From IMG/VR virus record IMGVR_UViG_2636416124_000002, positions 18,123 through 82,122 of that record: a stretch of 64,000 nucleotides of DNA; one strand, 5' to 3'. The notes beneath the pieces were generated by a model. That model ran no database searches, had not been told where the DNA came from, and was given only the letters and a program-made list of their open reading frames with translations. Shown piece by piece: positions 9,582-19,266 of this stretch. Made by a program: the position numbers and the translations under genes. The first letter of the stretch is position 1; each line of letters opens with the position of its first letter. The stretch is from a virus (Duplodnaviria > Caudoviricetes).

Positions 9582-9745
9582 CCCCGCCGCTCACCCCGCC
9601 GTCCGCCCTGCTCTCCGATGCCGACATCGCCGCCCACGCCGCCGGCTCTTACGTCCGCCGCCCGGCCCGGGTTTCCCGCGAGTCGGTGATTCTCCCCGTC
9701 GCCCCGGCTGCTCGCCGTCGGCTGATCGCTCTCCGGCGTCTGTGA
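9578..9745 (+). CDS. Hypothetical protein
   Basis: ATGA-coupled small ORF. Confidence 0.5.
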   Translation: MTPPLTPPSALLSDADIAAHAAGSYVRRPARVSRESVILPVAPAARRRLIALRRL

Positions 9746-9888
9746 TGGCGACGGCCGAGCAGCCCCGTGAGAACAAGGTTGTCGCGGAGCGTGCGACTCC
9801 GGATGCGTGCCGCCGCGATTACGAGGCTGGTGCTCAGGTTCGGGCCCGGTTGGCCCGGCAGGAAGCCCGCCGCCGCAAGACCACCTAG
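9745..9888 (+). CDS. Hypothetical protein
   Basis: TGATG-coupled; ...RDYEAGAQVRARLARQEARRR. Confidence 0.55.
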   Translation: MATAEQPRENKVVAERATPDACRRDYEAGAQVRARLARQEARRRKTT

Positions 9889-9960
9889 ACCGCCGCTCCT
9901 GCCCGGTGTCCCCCCGTCCCGGGCAGGAGCGGCTTCCCACCCCAACCGAAGGGAACCCTC

Positions 9961-10410
9961 ATGGTCGCCAGCATCATCTCCGCCACCTCCGCCCTGTTAG
10001 GTGTCGGCCTGACCCTGTTCTTCCAGCAGCGGCAGGCCCGGCAGGTGCGGGCTGAGGGGCTGGCCGGTGAGCTGCGACGGGACACGCTGCAGGCGGTTGC
10101 GGAGCTTGCTGCTGCTGTTGCGGATCACCGCCGGACCATGTGGGTGAGGGAAGAGAAGCGGCTGAACGGCGAGGACTGGGCGCAGGATCGTGCCGCGTCG
10201 CATGCCACCCGGTCCGCGATCACTATCCCGTACACCCGGCTGTGCATCCTCGCCCCGGTTCTTGACCGGGCGGCGAATGACGCCCTCGCAGCGACATACG
10301 CGATGCGGAACGCCACCACCATCCTTGAGCTCGAAGACCAGCGGGATCTTGCGTTCGTTGCCCAGGCCCGCCTGATGGCGGCAGCCACTGCCGAACTCAA
10401 CCCGAACTGA
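9961..10410 (+). CDS. KilB-like protein (N-terminal TM helix); contains a TTA codon
   Basis: MVASIISATSALLGVGLTLFFQQR; similar to 17584..18102; TTA at 9997-9999. Confidence 0.6.
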   Translation: MVASIISATSALLGVGLTLFFQQRQARQVRAEGLAGELRRDTLQAVAELAAAVADHRRTMWVREEKRLNGEDWAQDRAASHATRSAITIPYTRLCILAPVLDRAANDALAATYAMRNATTILELEDQRDLAFVAQARLMAAATAELNPN

Positions 10411-10461
10411 ACCCCAGCGCACCTCGCTGTACCCCACCCAAGCCAACCGAAGGGCACCCCC

Positions 10462-10773
10462 ATGTCTCCGTACCTGATGTCCGCGCCCCGCCTCGACCTC
10501 CTGTCTGATGCCGATGATGCCGCCACGTCGGTGTCCGCGGTGTGGCGCAGGGCGAACACGACTGTCGCCCAGGCCGAGGAGGCCGCCGAGGGTGCTGACC
10601 GTGACCGGCTTGCGGTGTCCCTGCTCTCCGAGTACCGGGACGCCCGGTCGAAGAACGACCGGGACCGCATGTCGCACGTCCTCCTCGCCGCGACCGACCT
10701 TGACCACGCGTCCCCCGGTTGGCCGCGGCTGATGGACGAGATTCGCGGCCTGAACACCCCGGCCGCCGCCTGA
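10462..10773 (+). CDS. Hypothetical protein
   Basis: ORF with RBS inside the transfer operon. Confidence 0.65.
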   Translation: MSPYLMSAPRLDLLSDADDAATSVSAVWRRANTTVAQAEEAAEGADRDRLAVSLLSEYRDARSKNDRDRMSHVLLAATDLDHASPGWPRLMDEIRGLNTPAAA

Positions 10774-10814
10774 CTCTTTTCGCCCTCCATCGCCGCCATC
10801 ACCTGGAGCCCCAC

Positions 10815-11210
10815 ATGAGCATGCCCCGCCCCATTGCCGACCTGATCTGCCTGGGTCGGGACCTTGTCCGCCACCCGCGGATGGTGCTCCTGAACCGGGG
10901 GCATCACCGGTGGACGCCTGCCGGGCTGATCGCCGCAGCCGCTGTCGCCTCGGCTGGCACCCCGGTCGGCTACCACGTCCTTGCCGCCGCGGTGCTCGTC
11001 GCCGGGCCGTTCTGGGCGCTCGACATGATCGGCGCCCTCGCCCACGGGCTGTGGCAGTCCGGGCGGATCTGGTCCGACCTGGAGTGCCAGTGCTGCGGCG
11101 ACGACCCCGACGACGAAGACGACGACCCCGTACCGGACGAGCCGGAAGACGACGGCGGACTCGCCGCCGACATCGAGACCTGGCTCAAGACCCAGACCAC
11201 CCACCACTGA
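10815..11210 (+). CDS. Membrane protein with an acidic tail
   Basis: Two hydrophobic segments, then CQCCGDDPDDEDDD. Confidence 0.65.
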   Translation: MSMPRPIADLICLGRDLVRHPRMVLLNRGHHRWTPAGLIAAAAVASAGTPVGYHVLAAAVLVAGPFWALDMIGALAHGLWQSGRIWSDLECQCCGDDPDDEDDDPVPDEPEDDGGLAADIETWLKTQTTHH

Positions 11211-11221
11211 AGGGCCCCGTC

Positions 11222-11524
11222 ATGATCACGCAGACCGCCTGGCCCGAGAACGTCATCGCCCGCTACCTCACCGCCGGCGGAGCCACCGTCGACCTGACGC
11301 ACCGGCTCACCGTGCATAACCCGCCCGAGCCGTTCGCCACCCTCGCGACATGCACAGGCTGCCCCGTCACCGAGGAGCGTGGCCACTACCGCACCTACTA
11401 CCCCTCGGGCGGCTTTCTGGGTGACGCGGTCGAAGAGCACGAGCCCGAGGCGGCCGACGCACAGGCCCGTGCCTGGGCGCAGTCCCACGCCGAGACCTGC
11501 CGCGCCATCCCCAAGCCCGCCTGA
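11222..11524 (+). CDS. Hypothetical Zn-binding protein
   Basis: VIARYLTAGGATVDL...CTGC...WAQSHAETCRAIPKP. Confidence 0.7.
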   Translation: MITQTAWPENVIARYLTAGGATVDLTHRLTVHNPPEPFATLATCTGCPVTEERGHYRTYYPSGGFLGDAVEEHEPEAADAQARAWAQSHAETCRAIPKPA

Positions 11525-11540
11525 CCCGAAAGGAGCGACA

Positions 11541-11753
11541 GTGCCGAGCGATCCCATCACCGGACTTCGACTGAAGGACGGCAGCACCATCACGGTCAAC
11601 CCACGAGACCCCCGCGACTGCCACACCATCAGCCACACCTTCTTCCGGGCGACGGTCCGCTGCGCCGCAACAGGTGCGGTTCGGCGAATCAAGTGGCGGA
11701 ACGTCGTGCGCGTCCGCCGGACCTCCGAAGACGGCCACTACTGGACCTCCTGA
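11541..11753 (+). CDS. Hypothetical protein
   Basis: GAAAGGAG RBS before GTG. Confidence 0.6.
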   Translation: MPSDPITGLRLKDGSTITVNPRDPRDCHTISHTFFRATVRCAATGAVRRIKWRNVVRVRRTSEDGHYWTS

Positions 11754-11779
11754 ACACCCCTCACTCAAAGGACACCGCC

Positions 11780-11875
11780 ATGGCACTCCTGATCACGATC
11801 GCATTCCTGTCTCCCATGATCGCCGTCACCATCTGGCTCGCCTTCAGCCAGCCGGTGAACCGCGACGACTCCTGA
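11780..11875 (+). CDS. Small single-TM protein
   Basis: AAGGA RBS; MALLITIAFLSPMIAVTIWLAF. Confidence 0.5.
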   Translation: MALLITIAFLSPMIAVTIWLAFSQPVNRDDS

Positions 11876-11907
11876 ACCAAGCAACCCAGAAAGGACACCG
11901 ACCCGTC

Positions 11908-12183
11908 GTGACCACGCAGATCATCGAGCCCGGCCGCTATGACTACCGCCTCACCGTCAAGTTCCCCAGCACCTACACCCCCGACCACACGCCGCCCGCG
12001 TTCCGCTTGGCCGCCGCGTACCCGACCAAGCGAACCCGCAGCGTGTTCGGGCAGTTCAACCTCACTGCGCGCATGCCGCATGACCTCATCCGCGATCACT
12101 TCGTCCGCCGGGTCACGGATGAGCTGCTGCTGACGAGCGGTGACATCGAGCTTGTCAGCTTCACCCTCGACCAGCCCGCCTGA
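11908..12183 (+). CDS. Hypothetical protein
   Basis: GAAAGGA RBS before GTG. Confidence 0.6.
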   Translation: MTTQIIEPGRYDYRLTVKFPSTYTPDHTPPAFRLAAAYPTKRTRSVFGQFNLTARMPHDLIRDHFVRRVTDELLLTSGDIELVSFTLDQPA

Positions 12184-12218
12184 GCAACCACCCCACACCA
12201 GGAAGGAATAGACCCGTC

Positions 12219-13592
12219 GTGACGACCAGCCCGCCCCAGGTGAACGGCCACCGCCGCCGCATCCCCGTGATCACGGAGTGGCAGACGCTCCTCGCGGCAA
12301 CCGCCGAGGAGCCGGTCGCCACCACCGAACCCCAGCCCGAACCGGCCCCGCCCACTGTGGACCTCATCGCCCAGGCCGAGGCCGACGCCATCCGCACCAA
12401 GGCCTACGCCGACGCCGAAGAACAGCGCGCCCGAGCCGAAGCTGAGGCCGAGGCCCTGCGCATCAAGGCCGAAGGCGAGGCCAAGGCCGCCGAGATCAAG
12501 GCGGCCGAGGAAGCCCGCAAGCTGAAGCTCGCCAACGACAAAGCCCAGGCCCGCGCCATCGAGGAACAGGCCGCCCGGGACGCCCGCATCGCCGAAGCCA
12601 ACCGGAAGCGCGCCGAAGCCGAACGTGGCCAGCGGGACGACGAGCGCGCCCACCGGGAGCAGCAGCAGACCGCCGCCGCCGCCGAAGCTGAGATCGCGAA
12701 GGCCGCCAGCACCTGGCGCGGGTACGCCATCGCCTTCTACGCCGTGTGCGCGGTCGTCGCCCTCCCGGTGCAGATCGCAGCGTTCTGGGACCCGGACGCA
12801 CCCTGGCTCGTCATCGCCCCGCTCATGCTCGAAGGTGCCGCGCTCGTCGTCACCAAGGGCGCCGCCGCAGCTGTTGCCGCGACCCGCCCGCACTGGCACT
12901 ACCGCACCGTCGCCTGGATGTTCGCGTTCATCGCCGCCGGGATCAACCTCGTCCACGGGCTCGACGCGTTCGATCCCGCCACCGCGATCGGCACCGCCTT
13001 TGCGTCCCTCGCCGGCCCCGGGGTGTGGGACCTCCACGAGCACGGGCGGATCCGGCGCCGCGACGGTGTTCTGACGCGGCGGCAGCGGAAGGCCCAGGCT
13101 GCCGCGGCCAAGGCGGAGCTCAGGCAGAAGGCGGCCGAAGAGAAGCGGAAGGCCAGCGAGAAGGAAGCCGCGGAGGAGGCTGCCCGGGAAGCCGCCGAGG
13201 CGCTCGCCAACTCCCGCGCCGAAGAGTTCCCGGAGGTGTGGGACGAGGCGGAGAAGATCGCTGCGGCAGTCGGCGAGATCACCGTCACGGAGGCCGTTTG
13301 GAAGCGCGCCTACCGCAACATCCAGGGCGCCGAGCCTGGCGAATCCATTGAGTCCATCACAGCCCGCCGGAAGGCCGAAGGGCGAGTCGCAGCAGCCCTC
13401 TCCGGGACCCCAGTCGCCACCCTCAGCAAGAACAAGAACGCGCAGCGTGCAAACCAAATGCCCCGGGTTCAGCGAGGGCCTGCACGCAAGCCTCCCGTCC
13501 GCCGCCCGGGAGACACCGCGAAGTACGTCCAGGCCGCCCGCAAGCAGGCCGCCATCACCGCCAAGAACGCCTCCACCGAGGAGCAGAAGTGA
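12219..13592 (+). CDS. SpdA/DUF2637-like membrane spread protein
   Basis: Coiled coil, four TM helices (…AFIAAGINLVHG…), then a second coiled coil; directly upstream of traA/traB. Confidence 0.65.
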   Translation: MTTSPPQVNGHRRRIPVITEWQTLLAATAEEPVATTEPQPEPAPPTVDLIAQAEADAIRTKAYADAEEQRARAEAEAEALRIKAEGEAKAAEIKAAEEARKLKLANDKAQARAIEEQAARDARIAEANRKRAEAERGQRDDERAHREQQQTAAAAEAEIAKAASTWRGYAIAFYAVCAVVALPVQIAAFWDPDAPWLVIAPLMLEGAALVVTKGAAAAVAATRPHWHYRTVAWMFAFIAAGINLVHGLDAFDPATAIGTAFASLAGPGVWDLHEHGRIRRRDGVLTRRQRKAQAAAAKAELRQKAAEEKRKASEKEAAEEAAREAAEALANSRAEEFPEVWDEAEKIAAAVGEITVTEAVWKRAYRNIQGAEPGESIESITARRKAEGRVAAALSGTPVATLSKNKNAQRANQMPRVQRGPARKPPVRRPGDTAKYVQAARKQAAITAKNASTEEQK

Positions 13593-13620
13593 CCGTCCGA
13601 ATCAACACTGAGGAGACTCG

Positions 13621-14214
13621 ATGAGCACCCCCTCCGAGCAGGTCCGTAACTTCGCCCAGCAGCAGGCCGACCAGCCCTTCACCGCCCCGCCCCGCCCCCG
13701 CAAGGCGCCGACGAACGGTACCCACCAGGGCGGGGACAACAACTCGAAGACGCGTAACGGCGGAGGGTTCAACCCGAAGGTCGGCCTGACCCTCAACAAG
13801 ACCGTCGTCCAGGGTGCTGGCACAGTCGGCGCCACCCCGGGCGCGGGCACCCGCTCCGGAACCGGCGGGAAGGTCCCGGGTTCCGACTTCATGTCGAACG
13901 AGGACATCCGGGCGTTCTGCGAGCACCACCGCAAGCAGTCCCGGAACGGGGCCACCGAACTCGCCCTCGACGCAGACCACCTGGAGACAGTCCTCCGCGC
14001 GATCCGCGACCCCAACGGCACCATCGGAGGGTCCCGGGCCAGGGCCCGCCGTGTCACCCGGTGGCTGAAGAAGGCTGCCGCCGCCCAGAAGGCACAGCAG
14101 AAGTACTTCGCCGCCCTCTACGCCACGTTCGAGCGGGAGTTCGACTCCAACCTCCGCACCGTCGGCAAGGCTCGCTCCCAGCAGCGCCCCACCCGCAACT
14201 TCAACTGGCAGTAA
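13621..14214 (+). CDS. TraA-like plasmid transfer protein
   Basis: Gly-rich N-terminus then FMSNEDIRAFCE...RARARRVTRWLKKAA; position directly before traB as in pSN22/pJV1-type plasmids. Confidence 0.55.
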   Translation: MSTPSEQVRNFAQQQADQPFTAPPRPRKAPTNGTHQGGDNNSKTRNGGGFNPKVGLTLNKTVVQGAGTVGATPGAGTRSGTGGKVPGSDFMSNEDIRAFCEHHRKQSRNGATELALDADHLETVLRAIRDPNGTIGGSRARARRVTRWLKKAAAAQKAQQKYFAALYATFEREFDSNLRTVGKARSQQRPTRNFNWQ

Positions 14215-14238
14215 CCGTCCCTGACTGGAGTACATCCC

Positions 14239-16235
14239 GTGGCTGACAGCCCCAAGGCCGACCTGTGGAAGGCCATCAAGCACCCCCGCATGAGGCCCTG
14301 GCTGACAGTCGCCGCCGAGGTCCCCGCCACCTTCGCCTCCCACCACTACTGGGGCGACTCCGTACCCGCAGCGATCGGCCTCACCGTCGCCGCCGGGGTA
14401 CTCACCGCCGCAACCTGGTGGGCGGCAGAGGGCACCCGGCCCGGCAGGCGGATCCACGCCACCCTGTCCACCGGCCTCGGAACCTCCTACCTCGTCGTCG
14501 GGACCGTCACCGGCCCGTTCGACCCGGCCATGGCATCCACCCTCGTCATCGGCGGTGCGGTCGCCGCGGGGTCCTGGAACATCCGCCAAGCGTTGCGCGT
14601 CAACGTCGACCCCCAGAAGACAGGCGGCAACGCCGAGACCGGTGTACTCGTCAAGGCCATCGGTGACGCCAAGGTCGCCCTCCGAAGCAAGCCGAAGATC
14701 GAACCTAACAAGGTCACCGCACCCCTCCAACTCGCCGCCGGACAGGTCACCTCCGACGACCTTGGCAACCGCATCAAGCACATCGCCGGCGAACTCGGCG
14801 TCTCCCCGACCAGCATCCGCGTCATCCCCGACCCCGACGACGCCGCCCGCGCCACCCTCGTCGTCGTCCCCAAGGACGAACTCAAGCAGCCCACCCCTGG
14901 CCCGGCCCGTCCAGCCCGGGTGGCAGCATCACCGAGCCCGTCGTCCCCGGCATCTACGAGGACGGTGAGGAGGCGACGCTGTGGTTCCCCGCCGGACCCG
15001 GCCGGAACGCCACGCACTTCCTCACCGCCGGGATGAACGGCTCCGGGAAGTCCGCCGGCCAGTCCGTTGCCATCACCGAAGCCCTGACCCGCCGCGACGC
15101 CATCGTGTGGGCCGTCGACCCGTCGAAGGGCATGCAGACCTTCGCCCCGTTTCTGCCCCACCTGGACTGGGTCGAGATGACCGAGGCCGGCGGCAACGAG
15201 ATGATCGACGCCCTGTCGCAGGTCATCACTGCCCGCGCCAACCGCCTCGGCCAGCACGGCTACAAGAACTGGACCCCGGACGCGTTCGACCAACTCGGCA
15301 TGCCGTACCTGATCGTGTGGATCGAGGAAGCCGCCAAGTTCTTCCGCAACGGCACCGAGATGGAAGGCTTGGTCATGGAGGCCAGGTCCGCCGGGATCAG
15401 CGTCATCATCAGCCTCCAACGCCCGTCCGCCACGTCGATGCCGACCGACGTCCGCGAGCAGCTCGGCGGCGTCCTCTGCTTCGGCGTCAAGGGCTCCACC
15501 ACCGCCGACATGGCCCTCCCCGACGACGTCCGCGACGCCGGCGCCCGCCCCGAAGCATGGGAGAACCGCAAGCCCGGCTACGCCTACCTCGTCGCCCCCG
15601 GCGTCGACGAAGACCGCTACGCCACCCCGCTGCGCACCTACCTCATCGACGACGACCAGATCACCGGGGCCCTCGCCATCCTGCCCCGCACCCCCATCGA
15701 CCCCGTCACCGCCGCCGCAGCCGGTGACGCCTACGCCAACCGCACCCAATACGACACCGACAGTCCACTGACCAGCGGTGACACCGACAGGCAGGAGCCC
15801 GTCCTCATGACCAAGGACGACAACGAGCAGGCAGAGAAGGCACTGCTGGAGAAGCAAGTCGACCGCGAGATCGACGCCATGGTCGGCGACGACCCCGACG
15901 ACGACGGACACGTCCCCGATGTCGACGCCGACCAGGAAATCGCCGCGGTGAGCGAGGTGTGGTCGTTCGGCCAGGCCCAGGCGACCGTGGAGGAGAAAAC
16001 ACCGGAGGCCGGGATGGAAGCCCTGATGGTGATGCTCGACGAGTTCCGGGCCGAGGAGCGGGAGACGATCGGACCGAAGGACTTCAGCCCCTACGGCAAG
16101 GGTTCACGCATCGGAAGGGCCCGTTCCTGGGTGTCAGGGGCCCTCGGAGACCTGTCAGATGCCGGGATTCACCTGTCAGAAACGGACAAGCCGGGGGTGT
16201 ACCGGCTGCTGTACCCGGAGCTGGCGGAGGTCTGA
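14239..16235 (+). CDS. traB: TraB, FtsK/SpoIIIE-like conjugal DNA translocase (one frameshift in C-run near 14895)
   Basis: N-terminal TM helices; Walker A GMNGSGKS; Walker B IVWIEEA; ARSAGISVIISLQRPS; C-terminal wHTH. Confidence 0.88.
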
Positions 16236-16411
16236 CACCCGGGGGTGTCAGCGCTGACACCCCATCTGACCTGCGGTGACACCGTTCTGACAGGGTTCTG
16301 ACACCCCGAAGGTGTCAGGACCGGTGTCAGAAGCCCTCCGGAGGGCCGATCTCTATAGGTCATGCGCGTGCGCGCGCATGACCCGCCCCTCCGTGACACC
16401 CCAACCTGACA
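16132..16411. repeat. clt-like cluster of TGACACC(C) direct and inverted repeats
   Basis: TGACACCC at 16233, 16255, 16299 and 16394; TGACACCG at 16277; GGTGTCA at 16244, 16311 and 16323; further TGTCAG copies inside the traB 3' end. Confidence 0.8.
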
Positions 16412-16425
16412 CAGGAGACAAACCC

Positions 16426-16855
16426 GTGAAAAGCCCCGAACCGGACGGAGGTCGGGCCAAGGTACTCGCCGCAGCACTCCGCACCTGGACCACCGTCGAC
16501 AACGACCCCAACCCCCGTCGCACGCCTCGAAATCCGGTATCCACCCCACTGGGCCTTCACCCACACCAACCCCATCACCGCCCGCCAGCAGACCCGGCTC
16601 CTCGCCTTCCTCCGCGACGACCTCGCCGAGAACCGGCCCACCCACTCCACCCCCGAACGAGCCGCCGCCGTCATCCAAGGGCTCCTCGCCGAGCACGCCG
16701 CGGCCGGCCGTAGTCGCATCACTACCGCAGACCTTGCGCAGGCTGCGCCGCGCATCGGCCGGTCCCGGGCCTGGATCGCCGCTCACATCACAGACCTCAT
16801 CGACGCCGGAGTGCTTCGCGAGACCAGGCGCCCCGACACCTTCCGCATCACCTAG
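16426..16855 (+). CDS. Small protein ending in a TraB-like wHTH (frameshift near 16505-16515)
   Basis: AGGAG RBS before GTG at 16426; joined frame ends IGRSRAWIAAHITDLIDAGVLRETRRPDTFRIT. Confidence 0.7.
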
Positions 16856-16865
16856 GAGCCTTCTC

Positions 16866-17354
16866 ATGCAGCTGCCCGAGCAGCCCGTCGCCGGGCAGCC
16901 CGACCCCACCGTCCGTCGCAACGCCGACCAACTGATGGCCGCGGTCGACGAGGCTCTTCTCGCCCGGCAGGCCACCTTTCACCGTGACGACCGCCCGCTC
17001 CCCGCCGTGGGTACGGCACCGCCTGTTGCCCAGCCTGGGACTCCTCCGATGTCGCAGTGGGCCACGGACGCGAGCGGCGTCCTCAAGGCCGTGTCCGTGG
17101 CGGCCCTGCCGATCGGCGGCGCCCTGTGGATCGTCGGCCAGGTCGATCCGCTGACCCTCGGCATCATCTTCGGCTCCCCGGCCGTCGCGGCCCTGGCCGT
17201 CGCCCGGCTCGTCGCGAAGGTCAAGGACGCCAACCAGAACGCCCCCCAGCCGGTCACCAACCACTTCCACGGCACCGTCCACCAGGACACCCACACCGTC
17301 ACCAGCACCACCCGGGGGATCATCGCCAACACCCGCAACCAACACGGAAACTGA
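16866..17354 (+). CDS. Spread-type membrane protein
   Basis: Two TM helices; Pro-rich N-terminus; ...NHFHGTVHQDT... tail. Confidence 0.65.
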   Translation: MQLPEQPVAGQPDPTVRRNADQLMAAVDEALLARQATFHRDDRPLPAVGTAPPVAQPGTPPMSQWATDASGVLKAVSVAALPIGGALWIVGQVDPLTLGIIFGSPAVAALAVARLVAKVKDANQNAPQPVTNHFHGTVHQDTHTVTSTTRGIIANTRNQHGN

Positions 17355-17406
17355 GCAGCCACCCCAAACCGACTCACAACCCCGACAAAGACGGGACGAT
17401 CGAAAA

Positions 17407-17559
17407 ATGACCCACAAGCCCAACAGCAACCAAGACGAGCAACCACCCGCTGCTACGCCTCCACTGGACCCACATGAGAACCAGGCAGAGTCCGACCACA
17501 TGCGTGACGTCGACTTCTGGGATGGCACCGGAGACCCGCTCGACTTCTACGACCCCTGA
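17407..17559 (+). CDS. Small acidic hypothetical protein
   Basis: Short ORF between transfer genes. Confidence 0.4.
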   Translation: MTHKPNSNQDEQPPAATPPLDPHENQAESDHMRDVDFWDGTGDPLDFYDP

Positions 17560-17583
17560 ACCGCGACCTGAAGGAGCCCACAG

Positions 17584-18102
17584 ATGTGGGACAGCATCAT
17601 TGCCGTCACAGGCACCCTCGCGGGTGGCCTCCTCGTCACGGTGACCCAGCAGTGGACCGCCCGGCGCGCCCGGCGCGAGCAGCACCGACAGCAGGTGGCA
17701 GACCTCACCGGCCAGCTACTCAGCGCGGCGCTCCGCTACCGCCAGCTCTACTGGCTCCGGGTCGACTCCCTTCGGGAGGGCGAGCCGGACCCGGTCGCCC
17801 GCGGCGACTTCTACCAGGCCCGGTCCGACGTCACCGAAGCCCGCGACCGGCTCGCCCTGGTGGTCACCGACGAGGCGCTGCTCCGGGCAGCTGGTCGAGC
17901 GGCGTGGTCAGCACTGGACCTCTCCGACATCGACCCCGGCCACCCGCAGGACGGCCGGTACGCCCCGGAGGTCGAGGCCCGCCTCGACGCCGCACGGGAA
18001 CGCAGCCGAGACGCCCACACGGAGCTACGACAGGCCGCTACCGGCTACGGCACCCGGGCAGCACCTGGTCGCGCCGTCGATACCCGGTCGCAACGCACCT
18101 GA
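17584..18102 (+). CDS. KilB-like protein
   Basis: MWDSIIAVTGTLAGGLLVTVTQQW...ARDRLALV; resembles pIJ101 KilB-type proteins. Confidence 0.65.
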   Translation: MWDSIIAVTGTLAGGLLVTVTQQWTARRARREQHRQQVADLTGQLLSAALRYRQLYWLRVDSLREGEPDPVARGDFYQARSDVTEARDRLALVVTDEALLRAAGRAAWSALDLSDIDPGHPQDGRYAPEVEARLDAARERSRDAHTELRQAATGYGTRAAPGRAVDTRSQRT

Positions 18103-18115
18103 TTCGAGCGCAACG

Positions 18116-18143
18116 AGGCCCCGGACCGTCTGGTCCGGGGCCT
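18116..18143. terminator. Terminator hairpin
   Basis: AGGCCCCGGACC-GTCT-GGTCCGGGGCCT between convergent operons. Confidence 0.8.
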
Positions 18144-18316
18144 TCTGTGTTGCACGGGCGATCCACGAGTCACCGAGACTGTTCGTGGGCCGGAGGGTGA
18201 CCTGTACGTCGAGCCGGCTGCACAGGTCGTCCAGCGCTTGCTGGCATTCGTCGTGAGTGCTGCCGTGGACCGTGAACCTCGCCATGAGCACAGTCTGCCG
18301 GGGGAGTATGGGGGCG

Positions 18317-18748
18317 TCAGGTGTTTTCCGCTTCCCAGGGAGCCCAGTCGGCCTGGTAGTCGGGGTGGTCGGCGTACAGGGCGGCGAAACAGCGGAGGGT
18401 GTACTCCAGTGCGGCCCGGTAGCCGCTGACGAAGATGGCGGGCGGGTAGACGCCCTGAACGTGGTCGGGGTGCGGCAACGCTTCGTTCCGCACGGCGATG
18501 TCGTAGATGCCGATCAGCTGCCGTTTCGCTTCGACTTCCCGCAGGGTGCGGGCCGGGTCCTGGCGGGCAATGTGGGCTCCCTCGTCTGCCCAGGTGTGCC
18601 GCGCTACGGGAGCCCCGTCGCCGGCGAGAACAGTCGCCCCTTCCAGCCTCCAAGAGGCGCCGCCTTGTTCGCGGCTGGCCGCCTGCCGCGCCACCTGCTC
18701 GTCGTCGTCGAGCCGGGCCTTGAGGAAGGCCACCAAGTCGTCGGTCAT
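18317..18748 (-). CDS. DUF6221-family protein
   Basis: DDLVAFLKARLDDDE...DPARTLREVEAKRQLI...YADHPDYQADWAP. Confidence 0.85.
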   Translation of the reverse strand: MTDDLVAFLKARLDDDEQVARQAASREQGGASWRLEGATVLAGDGAPVARHTWADEGAHIARQDPARTLREVEAKRQLIGIYDIAVRNEALPHPDHVQGVYPPAIFVSGYRAALEYTLRCFAALYADHPDYQADWAPWEAENT

Positions 18749-19266
18749 GAGGACTCCTGGTTCTGCCGCCGCAGTTCGTCGAGCAGCGACGGGTTGACGA
18801 TCCGGACGATGGTCTCAATGTCACGGTCTACGGCGGCAGGCCACAGGATGTCCCGGGCCGCCCGGTACTTGGAGGCCAGCCGGGTCCGCTGCTCCTCGGG
18901 CAGCTTGACCGCCCGGTCGGGGTGGCTGTTGTGCGCGTTGTCCGCGACCTTCAACAGAACCGCGTCACGGCCCCGCCCGGTGATGCGGGCCACCTTCTCC
19001 CCGTAGGGCACCCCGCGCTCGTTCGTGACCGCCTCCACCAGCGCGACCACGTGATCCGGGACCCCTGTCTCACGCAGCTGCTCAGCCGTCCAGTCGGTGT
19101 CCTCGATGACGTCGTGCAACAGCCCAGCCATCACCAGCTCGTCACCGAACGGGACCAGCCCGGCAGCCACCGCACGCACGTGCTCGATGTACGGGACGCC
19201 GACCTTGTCCACCTGGCCGGCGTGCGCGGCCGAGGCCAGGGCGTCAACCTCGGCGACGGACTTCAT
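18745..19266 (-). CDS. HD-domain hydrolase, RelA/SpoT-hydrolase (Mesh1/SAH)-like
   Basis: AHAGQVDKVGVPYIEH, LLHDVIEDT, KVADNAHN. Confidence 0.85.
   Translation of the reverse strand: MKSVAEVDALASAAHAGQVDKVGVPYIEHVRAVAAGLVPFGDELVMAGLLHDVIEDTDWTAEQLRETGVPDHVVALVEAVTNERGVPYGEKVARITGRGRDAVLLKVADNAHNSHPDRAVKLPEEQRTRLASKYRAARDILWPAAVDRDIETIVRIVNPSLLDELRRQNQESS

Noticed and set aside
16233-16330. CRISPR-like array
   Set aside because: Repeats are 7-8 bp, in both orientations and irregularly spaced; no cas genes. A clt fits better. No CRISPR array was seen in the window.
18025-18291. Minus-strand 88-aa ORF
   Set aside because: It may be a real small gene after DUF6221, but as given it runs through the terminator into the kilB-like gene, so its end cannot be supported.
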